This document shows positions 50,013-63,407 of a stretch of 64,000 nucleotides of DNA, in pieces. Made by a program: the position numbers and the translations under genes. Source of the DNA: Octopus bimaculoides (lineage: Eukaryota); NCBI RefSeq assembly GCF_001194135.2, contig NC_068989.1:67119589-67183588 (forward strand), written 5' to 3'. Position 1 is the stretch's first letter. Each line of letters starts with the position of its first letter. Under the pieces are notes generated by a model. It searched no databases. It was not told the DNA's origin and saw only the letters and a program-made list of their open reading frames with translations.

Positions 50013-51455
50013 GATTCACATTATAGAATTTAAAATATACTTGCCTAAATAAAGGGTTAGTTATCAGATGTTTCACATGATGTGGGCCAAGAATAACAAC
50101 CATGACTGAGGAAATAAATTAATTTTTTCGTTAATGTAATGACATGGCATGGTGTGGTAGTGTTTTTTCTTTCTTTTTTTTTTTCTATTTTATTGCTGAT
50201 ACTATCTGTTGGCTACATCTTGGTTTCCTTCATCTTCAGGGAAAACCATGTCAGGCAACAAGGAAATATTACCTAGTTTGGAAGCAGAAAGGTCATCCTG
50301 CCATAGAAAATTTGCCTCAACAAATTCTGTCTGACAAGGGATAATATGGGAAAGTAATAATAGGGTATCCTGATAATAGGAATGATAGGGTGTGTTGGTA
50401 GAGGTGATGGTAGCAGTGGCAGAAAGGGAAGGTGGAAAGCAGCAGTGGTGGTAGTGTTGGTGTTGGTGGTCATGGTGGTTTTAGTGTTCATGATGGTGAT
50501 GGTGATAGTGATGTTAATGGGGTATGCTGATGATGATAGGGTGAGATGGCGGCTGTGGTGGTGAAATCAGATTGAATAATACAGCTATAATTTAAGTTGC
50601 TTACAACCCAAGCCACACTACCAATTTCTCTTTGAGCCAGAGCTAATTCAAAAATGAGAAAACATTGTGTCACATTTACTTCACAAGAGCGAGTGAACTT
50701 TTCACACTCTCCCATTAAGTGTTTCATGTTGTAGTGGGTAACACAGAGAGCTAGCACTGACATACAAATAACATTGGTTATGTTCTCTTAATAAATTACT
50801 TCACTGATTATTTTGTTGGGTAAAGGCTGCAGAGGGGAAAAAGTCAGTGTTTGACATTTCAAGTTCAGTAGACAGAAGAGCTGCTAACATAGTTTTATTT
50901 TTATTTTCATGTTGAGGGATATTTTTATGTCAAAATTCTGCATCTTTTTTTTTTTTTTTGCTGACATTGCTATATCTTGAAATTTGAGTTGATAAACTAA
51001 TTAACCCTTTTGATACTAATCTGCTCTGGTTCTATGGCATGTGGCAAAAAGACCTCCCAGATTCATCAGTTTTCATAAATGTTTCAACAGCTAACACGAA
51101 GTGTGCACTGGTTCAAACCATAATTGTAACAGGAAAAAAAAAAAGTAAATCGTAAAACATCAGCTGAAAACATCATTACTGCCTGCCTAACTGTACAAGT
51201 GTCACATCAAAGGTCAAGTAAAATATGGAATGTTTTGCTGCTGCACTCTGTGCAATACAACTTCCTGTTTTAAAAGTATAGCTGTATGGTTAAGATGCTT
51301 ACTTATGAAGCATGTGGTCTTTGGTTCAGTCCTATTGTACAACACATTGGGCAAGTGACTTCTATTTGAAGTTGTAGAAATGTCTTCTGCTACTTTGAGT
51401 AAAAACAAAGCCTTGAGAGTAGATTTTGTAGACAGAAAGAAGCCTGTTGTTGTCA

Positions 51456-51489
<34 letters not shown>

Positions 51490-52479
51490 GTGTGCATCAA
51501 TGTATGTATATGTATAAATGTGTGTGTGTGTGTGTGTGTGTGTGGTTAAATAGCTTGTTGTTGGCAGGCTATTTTACAATAGAATGTCTTATATAAATTT
51601 TTATTTATTCCATGTCAGAGCAGGCCTTCCCTGACAGATAGACCTCTTAATCAGGACAGATTTGTGCAATTTTTCAGAAAAATACTTCGTTGAGAATTTT
51701 TCTCCTTTTTTAATTATTTACTTGTCTGTTCAACCGTTTCACATGACTTTATTCATTAAAACTTCAGAAGTTCTTCCAACTTAGGTTATTGCAATGATTT
51801 GCTTTTGTTTGTTTATTAAAAATTCCTCCTCTTAATGATTTTACTTTCATTTCGTGATAGACAGCTATCATGCAGAAAATACCAGCTTCCAAATCCTGTT
51901 TTCTCATTAGGTAAAGTTGATTAAACTTTAAACCTCAGTAACATTTTTCTGCAACTTTTCTGGAACAAATGAATAGCAAAATCAGATTCAACACGGAAAA
52001 TTATTTCAATGTACCAAATTTGGAAATTTTGACGTAATTTTAAAATCTCACAATATGTGACAGCAACAGGGAAGACCCTACAAAAGTAGAGACAGACAGT
52101 TATAGGACGTCTCACACAGATACACACACACACACACACATTTACACAAGTAATCACGAGTTTAAAACGGTGTATAGTAGACATGTGTATGTATGTATAT
52201 GTATGTGTGTGTGTGAGTGTTTTTTTGTGAGGGACAGCAAAAAAGCCACCCACCCTCTCTCTCCTTAAAGCTATGTATTCCTCACATGTGTGTGTGTGTG
52301 TGTGTGTGTGTGTTGTATCTATTTATTTATAAAAGTATGTATGCAGCATTGCGTGTATATGACAGCTATAGTAATGTTATCATTCCATTGCCACCACTGT
52401 TCTCGTCTTCACTGATATAAGTCACCCTCTCTCTGTTGCTACCTTTCCTTCAGTCTAATACTTTTTGCAACCTTCTCAT

Positions 52480-52668
52480 TTTATCATATATAATTCGCTC
52501 AACGCCCCTGGGGATCACATTATAGATTTTTATTGAAACCCAATTAGCCTATTATTGAACTGAATGTTAGTGTAACTTGTATGCAAAGTTTTGTGAATAT
52601 TTGTTTGCTGGTTTAGGCACTAAGATAGTAACAGACAGACAGACAAATTGCCATTTATATATATAGAT
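52480..52668 (-). mobile_element. Non-autonomous Helitron-like element 5' end
   Basis: Minus strand atctatatatataaatggcaatttgtctgtctgt; related copy at ~48480-48647. Confidence 0.5.
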
Positions 52669-52884
52669 ATGTGTGCACATGTATATATATATGTTTGTTT
52701 GTGTGTCTGTGTTTGTCCCTGACCACCACTTGACAACTGGTGTTGGTTTGTTTACATCCTAGTAACTTAACAGTTCAGCAAAAAATACTAATAGAATAAA
52801 TGTGAAACTTCAAAAAAATAAGTACTAGCATTTTGTTCAGCAAAAACCCTTGACTGAGAACAAGTAGAAAATAAGAGATAAGTA

Positions 52885-53760
52885 AAAATCTATCAAAATT
52901 TCATGTTGGTTTATGTTCCAAACACTAGTTTAATAATGATAAAATTATTTTACTAAATTCGCCATTATTTTCAAATTTAATACAAAGATAGAGTATTTAA
53001 ACAGAGATATGGTAAAAAAAAGGACTAAAGTGATCTTCCATAGATTTCCATGACAAATTTGTGATTTATATTCCAAACACTAGTTTAATAGCAATGTTAT
53101 TTTTCTAAATACTTCATTATTTTCAAAATCAATGAAAATTAATCAAAACAAAAGCAGTGTATTTCAACAGAAATATGGTAACAAAAAGGTTAAAGTGAAC
53201 TAAATTAAAGCTATCTATCAAAATTCCAACATACTGAAAATTTAGAAATAGCAGTCAACTACTAATTCTAACTACAATTTTTTCTCCAACGGATGGCGAT
53301 ATTTATGGCACACAGAACAAAACAGAAGAGAAAATAAACGAAAACAAACCTGCCGTTAGTTAATCATGTACAACGTTTCGTGATTAGAATATATAATTTT
53401 TCGCCATCCGTTGGAGAAAAAATTGTAGTTAGAATTAGTAGTTCTTTGACTGCTATTTCTAAATTTTCAGTATGTTGGTGAAGCAACTCATGCTGATCCC
53501 TATATGTTTATAATTATAAATGGTTTACCGATAAAGGTTTTTTTGCATACTGAACTACTTGACAAAATTGTTAATTATTAATTTTATTAACTAATTGGCA
53601 ATTCCCTGCCCTATATCTATATCAAAATTCCATGTAGATTTATATTCCAAATACTAGTTTAATGGCAACAATGTTATTTTTCTAAATTCTTCATTATTTT
53701 CAAAATTGGTCAAAACAAAGGCAGTGTATTTCAACAGAAATATGGTACCAAAATGGTTAA
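52885..53760. repeat. Tandem ~150-bp units from a piggyBac-like element 3' region, interrupted by a foldback element
   Basis: Repeating ..ttccaaacactagtttaat..ttattttcaaa..acagaaatatggta..aaa(a/t)ggttaa; same unit as 63190-63580. Confidence 0.6.
53226..53478. mobile_element. Foldback MITE with ~70-bp TIR
   Basis: ccaacatactgaaaatttagaaatagcagtcaa..ctactaattctaactacaattttttctccaacggatggcga mirrored at the right end with a small indel. Confidence 0.8.
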
Positions 53761-54779
53761 AACAATAGTTTAGAGATTGTTCTACCTCTTACGTCCTATA
53801 AAACTTGTTATTTTTTCATTCCTCTTTCAAATAATTGCTTTCTTAGATATTTCAGCAAATAATTTGTTTAGCCTTCATTTTAAAACTTGAACTATGATCT
53901 TTGGCTTTTATTCATGGTAATACAAGACTTTCCTAACTTAAATGTACTCTTCAGTTTAAATTTGACCTATGAGGAATTGAAAATATATACTCGTAACATT
54001 GTTTATTTATCAAATCTGTTTTATTTACATTTAATATAACATTTAACCCTCTATCTGTATTCCTCTGTTATACTCTAACCTCTCAACTGGCACAAAGTTT
54101 TCTCCCTCTCCCAGCTGAGAGATCTTTGTTTTGCAAATTACTTGGCAGCCCCACAGGTGCAGGTGCCACATAAAAGGTACCAGTGCTGGTGCCACATAGA
54201 AAAGTACTCAGTAGACTCTGTAAAGTGGTTGGCATTAGGAAGAGCATCCAGCTGAAGAAACCATGCCAAACCAGATAATAAAGCCTGGTGCAGCTCTCTG
54301 GCTTGCTAGCTCCTATAAAACCATTTAACCTATGCCAGCATGGAAGATGGAGATTAAATGATGATGATGATTATGATAAAGATTTAGTCTCTGTAAAATG
54401 AAATAATTGATCTATGACTGATAGTGCCATTCTCAAATTGATATCAAATTGAATGAGTTCAGTGATCATGATAGCCTCTCAATTAGAAAATAATGTTGGG
54501 TGGCCACTATTCCTATACTTGGAGTCTCCTCTCAATACAATACCAGGCCATTGTAAGGTTAAACCCCTAATCTCTTCTTCTGTGGCACATGATACAATGC
54601 TCCATCTAGCAGTAGGAATTGAACCTGTGACTTTATGATTGTGAGCCCAAAATTCCTAACCACTGAACTACAACATACTCTAACCACTACACATTGGAAC
54701 TTCAAAGTACAGTACGAGTCTAATTATTCATACTATAATGAACATAGACTGAACTGAGTCAATATATGCTATCAAATGT

Positions 54780-54925
54780 TTGACATTTGATAGCATATAT
54801 TAAATTCCATGAAGAACATGTAAAGTATTTTTTTTATGGTAAAAATCTGTGCTGATTTGAATTTGTATGTTGTGTAAAATCACTTTACATGTTCAAGGAA
54901 TTTAATATACACTATCAAATGTCAA
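54780..54925. mobile_element. MITE with 29-bp TIR
   Basis: ttgacatttgatagcatatattaaattcc / ggaatttaatatacactatcaaatgtcaa (27/29 complementary). Confidence 0.65.
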
Positions 54926-55879
54926 GAATGTAATGGGCTTCTTTCAGTTTCTTTCTCCCAAATTCACACACAAGGCTTTGGTTGACATGGGACTTTAGTA
55001 GGAGACACTTGCCCAAGGTGAAACACAATAGGATTGAACCTGAAACCATATGGTTTGGACACAAACTTCTTACCATTTCCCACAGTCAAAGCTAGACTGA
55101 GGATTTACCTCATCTTATTTCAACTCTAGAGGGATTTCTATCATTTGAAAATTATTTATGCAGTATAAAAGCTCGAAATCTTTTTTCTTTTTTTTTTTTT
55201 ATCTCAATATTTCATTAGAAAAGAAAATATGCTCACCCACATACACAATTATCATCATCATCATCATTGTCAATATTTTTATGCCCATTTTTCAATGATG
55301 GCATGGGTTTGTCAAAACATATTGAGGCACATGTTCTACAGCTGGATGCTTTTACTGTCACCTAGTACCACTTGTTTTTTCATTTAAGATATGTTTCATT
55401 CTACTGGTGGACACATTACCACGGAACTAAGGAATGTTTGTTCACTGGAGATTGCGAACAATGTATGTGTGTACATTTTGGTATATATGTATATTACTGA
55501 GAACAAATATCTACTTGCATACTATATTGCTTATATATGTCACTTAATTTCTTCTCTTGAATGTGTGTTACAAGTTGGTATAAAAAGAATGAATATTTAA
55601 GATTCCAAATCTATATTTCTGGGGTGAAAATGTCTTAGAGAGGGATAGCCTCTGACAAGAGTTTTCCTATAGTCAGGCTATGGTATACTAATTACATGTG
55701 GATGTTAATAATACAAGTTCTAATTAAAGTCCTGCTCTGTCCTCTTTCTCTTTACATATATATATGAATATATGCCTCTGTGTGTGTGTGTGTATAAATA
55801 TGTACATAAATATGTGGTGTATATATACATAGATATGAATACATACACACATATATATATGTATACATGTGTGTGTGTG

Positions 55880-55930
<51 letters not shown>

Positions 55931-56044
55931 ATAGAAGAGACATACATACATACATAGACAGACAAACAGACAGTCATACAGACAGGCAGACATAAAGACA
56001 TGGACAACAATTCTTACCCTTACAACTGAGAACAGAATAATTGT

Positions 56045-57840
56045 TTCTGATAGTATAGGCATTTCAAAGGGAATATTCTAAGGAGATAGTCTTTCTGTAC
56101 TTCTTTTCATTTTGGCACTGAATCCATTATTGTTCCTACTGCAGAAAACAAATGGTTACATGCTAGGATCTTCAACTGCTAAAAATAACAATGTAACTCA
56201 TCATTTCTTTGTAGACAACCTGAAGATTTATGTTAAAAGAGTTAACAATACCAAAAAACAACTGGAATTAATAACAACATTTTCAGCTGATATTGGCGTT
56301 AGGAAGGGCATCCAGCTGTAGAAACTCTGCCAAATCAGATTGGAGCCTGGTGTAGCCATCTGGTTTCACCAGTCCTCAGTCAAATCGTCCAACCCATGCT
56401 AGCATGGAAAGTGGACGTTAAACGATGATGATGATGATGATGATGATAGGCATGTAATTTGGCCAAAAGAAATGTTCATATTTGGTTATAGAATGAGGAA
56501 AGTCAGTCCCCCAAACCCAAAAGCCATGCAACAACAGTCTCTCTGTCTCCCCCATTCCACACAAAGAATGTTACAAGTACCTAAGTACAGACGAAAATGT
56601 ATCATATGAAGGCACTGTGAATAAAGATAGAGTGACCCTAGAATATTACACCAGACTTCGGAAAATACGAGAGCCGGAACTCTCCTCTTACAAAACAATA
56701 TCCCACAATGCATTTGCAGTATTAGTGCTGATCTCAACATTTGGGATACTTGATTGGACTGTAGAGGAAATCCACTCCATAGATATCAAAACCCACAAAA
56801 TCCTGACAACTGGGAACATCCTCAGAAACAGTAAAATTTCTAAGAAGAAATGAAGGTGGTAGAGGCCCGAGATCAGTGCAGACAGCCTTTGATTGCCATA
56901 TGATATCACTCAAGCAGCACCTGCTAAACAACAGCAGCAAAAATAAATATAATAACGCAGTGCCGAAAAGTGAAGTGAGCAACATTGTACAAGTTGGCAG
57001 TGAACTCCTCAAGAAACACTCTCTTCCTGATGATCTCCTATACAGCCCCAAAACAGCTGGTTTCTCTTACCTCAGAGAAGACCTGGATGGAAAGCACTCA
57101 GCATGCAAAAAAAAGATCATGCATGGGTGTGTTGCTCGGAAACTTGAAGAAGACAGTAGAATTGACATGAAGCACAGCCTCTCTTGAACACAAGATCACT
57201 ACACCATATCACACTTTGAAAGCTATGTGTTTGCAATCTAGGAACAGAAGATTGCTACAAAGTACCAGGTGAACAAGAGAGACAGAGACGCTCTTGTAAT
57301 CCCAAGGTGCAACCACATGTGTAGGCTATGTCATGTTTCTGTGGAAAACATTACACAAGTGATTAGCAGCTGTCCCAAAATGTTGTCACAGTACTACCTC
57401 CCTATGTGGCATGATGTTGCTAAAACAAATTAACAATACTATTCGCAAAAAAGACTATCCTGAAATAAACTTAGAAAATCCTTCTGTTATGGAATATATT
57501 CATAAACATCAACTCAAGGAATACTGGTGGAATATTCCCATCAAAACTTCTGTCAAATGTAAGCGTAACAGGCCGGATATTGTTGTTTGGGATAGAGGGG
57601 CAAAAGTATGTATCATCATAGAGGTCAGCTGCTCTACAGATATAAATATCTCTTTGAAAATCAAAGAAAAAGAGGATATCTATAGACAACTGCTTCGAAA
57701 TCTCCAGCTTGTATATCCAGACTATGAATACATATTCATACCAATTATAATTGGAGCGCTGGGTTTTGTTAGTAAATACTTAAAGGAGAACCTGGATAAA
57801 CTGGCATTTTCAGGAAGAGAAAATTGACTGGCTGATTTGT
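56045..57840 (+). mobile_element. Degraded non-LTR retrotransposon with restriction-like endonuclease (R4/Dong/NeSL-like)
   Basis: RT motif THHFFVDNLKIY..TFSADIG; CCHC-like CRLCHVSVENITQVISSC..WHD; REL motif NRPDIVVWD..IIEVSC..KEKED; frameshifted and split by a SINE at 56294-56447. Confidence 0.85.
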
Positions 57841-58250
57841 ACTTCTGACACTTTCCTGAGGTATAGCAAGGAGCCGAATCCAAATGTAACACATCTTGCT
57901 TTCCAGCAGCAACCATCTATAACCAGGGTTTGACCACAGTCTTCAGCAGTTTCACACAGTTGTCTGAATTGAGCCTAAGGCCCAGTTGTGAGGTGGCATG
58001 ACATCACCCTCACTGAAGACACTCAAAAACCATCACATTCTTGGGGAACTTGGTTTCCATGATGTCCATGTCATATCTTACAGTCTTTACAATGTTCACA
58101 GGGCAATGAGCAGCAGTCATGATGTTGGCATTCTAATACCTGGTACCTCTCTTTTCCAGTATTCAGATGGCTTCCAGTCCTCCAGATCAGTTAACTTTTT
58201 CTCAGCTACATCTTTATTCTCTCCAACACCATTAACTGTTTACTTATATA
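57830..58250 (-). mobile_element. Tc1/mariner transposase catalytic-region fragment
   Basis: Broken frames: VFSEGDVMPPH and LDSAPCYTSGKCQK (the WQQDSAPCH motif). Confidence 0.7.
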
Positions 58251-58814
58251 TATATATACTAACGATGAGCAAGTTAGGCAAGTCATTTTACACTGAATAT
58301 TAAATAACATTTAATACAAAAAAAGTACGTATGTATGCATATAAAACAGTCCAATATACACAGAATATTAACTCTAACCCTAAAATCTATTTTCTCCTCC
58401 CACTACTCTCTATCTAAACACTTCCTAATACACTTAGTTCTCCACAAAATCATTCGATCTTTAAACTCCATCCTGTCAACACCTCAAATGTAAAATTCTT
58501 CCCTGAAGATAGAGGTAGTGTTATCCAATAATAGAACCAGGTAACTATCATTATTCCAGACCACCAAGCCCCCAAAAACAGCTGCTAAACTCATAAAACC
58601 CAACCCATTTAACTCTTGGTATCATTCATATTCCGTGTAAGTCAGACTATTTTATATGTATACATATGTACATTTTTTGTATCAAATGTATTTAATATTC
58701 TGTGTAAATCAACTTGCCTTATTTGCTTGTCCTTAAATTTACTCCTCTACCTGCTCAAGCTCAAATCTCTTGAGCACTACGAAGTGTATTCTATAAAGAC
58801 AATACCTGTCTCTA

Positions 58815-58862
<48 letters not shown>

Positions 58863-59054
58863 GTATACATACAGTTGTGGCTGTATGGTTAAGAACTTCA
58901 CTTCTCTACCCCATGATTTCTGGTTCTATCCTACTGTGTGGCACCTTGAGCAAGTATCTTTCACTAGACCCCTGAGTTGACCAAACTCTTGTGAGTTTGG
59001 TAGACAGAAACTGAAAAATAAAGTCATTTACATATATCTATATATAATACATAC

Positions 59055-59101
<47 letters not shown>

Positions 59102-59127
59102 CACACACATCTACACTCATATGTGTA

Positions 59128-60904
59128 TAGTGGTTGGACAAATAATGGAAACACCACTTATTATTTAACTATTTTTCTGTTGACAATATAAGAAATTGAA
59201 AACTGTTCAAGTTTGTACATATGTATTCATTATATTTCATGATATAGCCTTGCCTTCATGGTTTGCAAATATTTATATTTAGATAAGTTAAAATGCACGA
59301 CCTATCTAATTTCCAGAGAGGAAAAATTGTTGGAGCATGGATGGTTGGAGCTTCAGTCATTAAAATTGCTGAACTGTTTAATGTTCTGAGAGGTACAGTC
59401 TCTAAAATCATGTTGGTATTTCAAAACCAAGGTAAAACTAGCTCTAGTGAGCATAATTCTGGCAAAGCTCTGAGAGAGACCACGGAATAATAAAACCATC
59501 AAACTATGACAGCAGAGCTATACCAGAACCTTGGCAACTTCATGTCAGCTAAAGCTGTTTGTTGTGAGCTCCATAAAGCTGAATATCATGGGTGGGTTGC
59601 AACTGCTAAACTTCTTTTGTCCCCCATCAACATTGATAATTAAAAACAAACGGTGTCTAGACTACCAGAAGTGGTCAATGTCTCGATGGAACTATGTCAT
59701 TAGTGCTGATGTATCCTCATTCACTATTTTTCCCACTTTATGGCAAGTTTATGAGTGAAGACAGTCTAAAGAAGCCTTCAATCTAGACTTTTTAGCCTCT
59801 ACCATGAAGTATGAAAGTGGATCTGTGATGATTTGGGCAGCCATTCCACAGAATTCTCTTGGCCCTTTAATTATTCTACATGGCAGAGTTAACGCCAAGG
59901 ATTGTCTGAGTATTTTGACTGATTATGTCCATTGTATTGTGATGGTGCATGGCTTAGTGGTTAGGGTAATCAGCTCACGATCATAAGGTTGTGAATTCAA
60001 TTCCTGGTGGTGCATTGTATCCTTGAACAAGACACTTTATTTCACATCACTCCAGTCCACTCAGCTGGCAAAAATGAGTTGTACCTGTAATTCAAAAGGC
60101 TGACCATGTCACATTCTGTGTCATGCTCAAATCTCCCTAAGAACTACGTTAAGGGTACACATGTCTGTGGAGTATTCAGTCATTTGTATGCTTATTTCAT
60201 GAGCAGGCTGTTCTGTTGATCAGATCAACTAGAACCCTATCATTGTAACCAACAGAGTGCCAGTTTTATTTTGTTCATTGTATGGACCAACTGTCATAAC
60301 CGACAGAGGGACAGTTTTTTGTTTGTTTTGGTTTGTTCATTGTACAGTACAAACACTGTCTTTTCCTGAAAGTCATGCTGAATCTTCCTGAGAACTATGT
60401 TAAGGGCATATGTGTCTGTGGAATACTCAGCTACTTGCATGTTAATTTCACGAACAGGCTGTTCCGTTGATTGGATCAACTGGAACCCTTATCATTGTAA
60501 CTGAAAAAGTGCCAATTTATTTTGTTCATTGTTTTTTTCTGATGGTACTGCAATCTATCAGGACAATAATGCACCAATTCACAAGGCTAATGTCATTCAA
60601 AATCGGTACAAAGAGCACAAAAGTGAATTAAACTACTTGGATTGGTCCCCATGATCAATAGAATCTAATATTTATGGTGCATTTTGGAGCAGCAAGCAAG
60701 GAACTACTTCCCTCTGCCATCATCACTGAAAGAGCTAATACTGGTTTTACTTGAAGAATGGCTAAAAATTCCTCTAAGAACCATTCAGAACCTGGTCAAC
60801 TGCTCAATACATTAAAGCTATAATTGATGTCAAATATAGATCAACTTTGTATTAAATAAAACTTCCATTCAACAAAGTGTTTCTATTATTTTGTCCAGCA
60901 CCTG
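59128..60904 (+). mobile_element. Near full-length degraded Tc1 transposon with two nested SINE pieces
   Basis: TIRs agtggttggacaaataatggaaacac / gtgtttctattattttgtccagcacctg; MHDLSNFQRGKIVGA, VISADVSSF, GSVMIWAAI, YQDNNAPIH; SINE sequence at ~59935-60260 and ~60370-60520. Confidence 0.88.
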
Positions 60905-60918
60905 CACGTGTATGTATA

Positions 60919-61151
60919 CAGGGTTGGCCAAAAGTCACTCGACAGTAAATCAAAATTCCATAAATACTACCTGTAATTCTGTATTGATTCAAATAGAAAA
61001 ATGTGTTGCCCAAGAAGGACTTCAGTTTGAACAATTTTCGTGATGTTTCATATTTAGATGCTTTTATTAAATTCATTCAGTTGTTAAACATAAAGAAATC
61101 TTGGAATTAAATGGTTTTGATTTACTGTCAGGTGACTTTTGGCCAGCCCTG
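60919..61151. mobile_element. Tc1/mariner MITE with TA TSD
   Basis: ta|cagggttggccaaaagtcactcgacagtaaatcaaaa ... ttttgatttactgtcaggtgacttttggccagccctg|ta. Confidence 0.85.
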
Positions 61152-62011
61152 TATATTAATGTGTGTGTGTGTGTGTGTTTACATCTGTGTTCACTTGTAC
61201 AAGAGTTGTTGCAATGCTTGAGCAATGTTGCTTGTTGGCACTTTCCCTGCCAATAAATCATCTGCTTGCTCAGTACTTTCAAAGCTGTTGTGTGGAATAA
61301 GAGATCCACAACTTGAAAAACAGGTAAGGGTTAGCATCAAGAAGGATATGTGACTGTAAACCAATGCCTTGGAAACATAATCATCTAACCCATGCCAGCA
61401 TGGAAAAACTGACATAAAATTGAACAAATGAACAAATATATGTGTAATTTGTATGTATAGTGTGTGTGCCTCTGTGTGTTTCGCATGGAACTTGTTTAAG
61501 TAAAATGGGAACATTATGTTGACAGCCCCAGCAATTCTGGGTTTTTAAAGGCAAATGGAATAGAAAATCCCTTAATTAAAAATAAAGGTTTAATGACGGG
61601 AAGTGCATCTATTTGTAAAATAATCCATAATAATAAGTATTTGCTCAACCCATACTAGCATGGAAAACATGTAAAATGATCAAATGAAGAAACAACAATA
61701 AACAATAAGCTAAATGAATGATTTATTGAAATATTTCTATAAATTTGAAGTAATGGTTCAATTAATATTCAGTAAATGCAATAGAATCTTCAAAAAGATA
61801 GGAAATTTTAAAGTAAAGTTACTTAATAATGATAATGAGATGGAAATATAACGAGAGAGAGAGAGAGATAAAATATTTCAATATGTCAGCAGTGATAATT
61901 CGAAATTTGGAACAGCTGTTAGCAAAGAGATATTGACTATCAGTGGTTATATGAAATCATCTACATTTTGATAGATTTAGGTAGATGTAGATATAAAAGG
62001 GTGAATTTATT

Positions 62012-62140
62012 TTACTTTGGTTCACCAATAAGAGACAAGAGAACTTTCTTGTAATCACCACTGCAGTCACCTTTGATGAAGCTGCCTAAAGTTTTACCTA
62101 AAACTTCATTGAACTTTTCCTTAATCTGGACCATGTCAAT
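62012..62140 (-). CDS. Annexin (A7-like) terminal exon; rest of gene lies to the right of the window
   Basis: Acceptor ttttcatctctttatttcag|ATT; IDMVQIKEKFNEVLGKTLGSFIKGDCSGDYKKVLLSLIGEPK-TAA is the C-terminal half of annexin repeat 4 (ID...IK..F...KTL...I.GD.SGDY..LL). Too short for the ORF track. Confidence 0.92.
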   Translation of the reverse strand: MDMVQIKEKFNEVLGKTLGSFIKGDCSGDYKKVLLSLIGEPK

Positions 62141-63189
62141 CTGAAATAAAGAGATGAAAATTAAATATGTAGTAAAAAAAAAAAAATAACAGACATGTAT
62201 ACTAAGGTATCTTAAACGACAAATATATTAAGTACATTAACAGCATGTATTTCTTTTACTTGTTTCAGTCATTCGACTGCAGTCATGCTGGAGCATTGCC
62301 TAAAAGGGTTCTTTAGCCAAAGAAATAGACCTCAGGACTTATTCTTTGTAAGCCTAGTCTTATTCTATAGGTCTCTTTTGGAGTGTAAAGTGTAGATATT
62401 TATGTTTCTCAAACTTTGAACCTAAGTACAACTATGTTAGGGATGATTACAAGTTTGAGAAATTTAGCACCACATTATGCTTGTGGCCATCTTGTTTGTA
62501 ATAATTGCTTGTTAAAATAGATAGTCCTACAACATGGCACTTTGAGCAAAATGTCTTCTACTATAGCCTAAGGCCGAGCAAAGACTTGTGACTGGATTTG
62601 GTTGACTGTAAGAAGATTGTTGTGTGTGTGTGTGTGTTTCTTTATCCGCCACTACTGCTTGTGTCTGTGTTTGACAACCAGTGTTGGTGTTTTTATGTCC
62701 CTGTAACTTAGTGGTTTGGCAAAAGAAACTGATAGAATAAGTACCAAGCTTCAAAAAAAAAAACAAAAAAAATTCTGGGGTCAAAAGTTCAACTAAAATT
62801 CTTCAAGGCAGTACCCCAGCATGGTTACAGTCTGAAATAAGTAGACTGAAAGAAGTAAAAGATAATAGATGAAGCCTAAGAAGTGGAGAATTAAGAACTT
62901 GAGATGTTCTTTGCTTTTTACCACATTTATTAGCAATATAAATGAAGTGAAATAAAATGGTCACTGAAACCACCAATCACAAGGTTTCATTTATAAATAA
63001 CTTATTGACTGATTTGTCCCTTAAACTTCATAGCTCATTCAGGTCTCTCTCATACAGACTTTGTAGCAAAACATTTTTAAATCAATAGAAGCCATTCAAA
63101 TTAATACTAAATTGTGTTCTTCTAATAATCAGTCATTTTCCATGAAGATTGCTATTTCAAATGGCAAGTGACCAAAGAATACATATTAA

Positions 63190-63407
63190 CCCTTTTGATA
63201 TCAACCAGCCTGGAACCTCCATTGGTTCTATGATACAAACTTACTGTTTTTAAAGTGATCTAAATTTAAAACTTCCATCAAAACTTCATGTTTAATTTCC
63301 AAAGTCAGCTTAATAATGATAAAGTTATTTTACAAAATTATGTATTATTTTCAAAATTAATTGAAACAAAGACATTATATTTCTACAGATATATCATAAT
63401 AAAAGGG
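63190..63407. mobile_element. piggyBac-like MITE with TTAA TSD
   Basis: ttaa|cccttttgat ... aaaaggg|ttaa, followed by a partial tandem duplication to ~63580. Confidence 0.7.
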
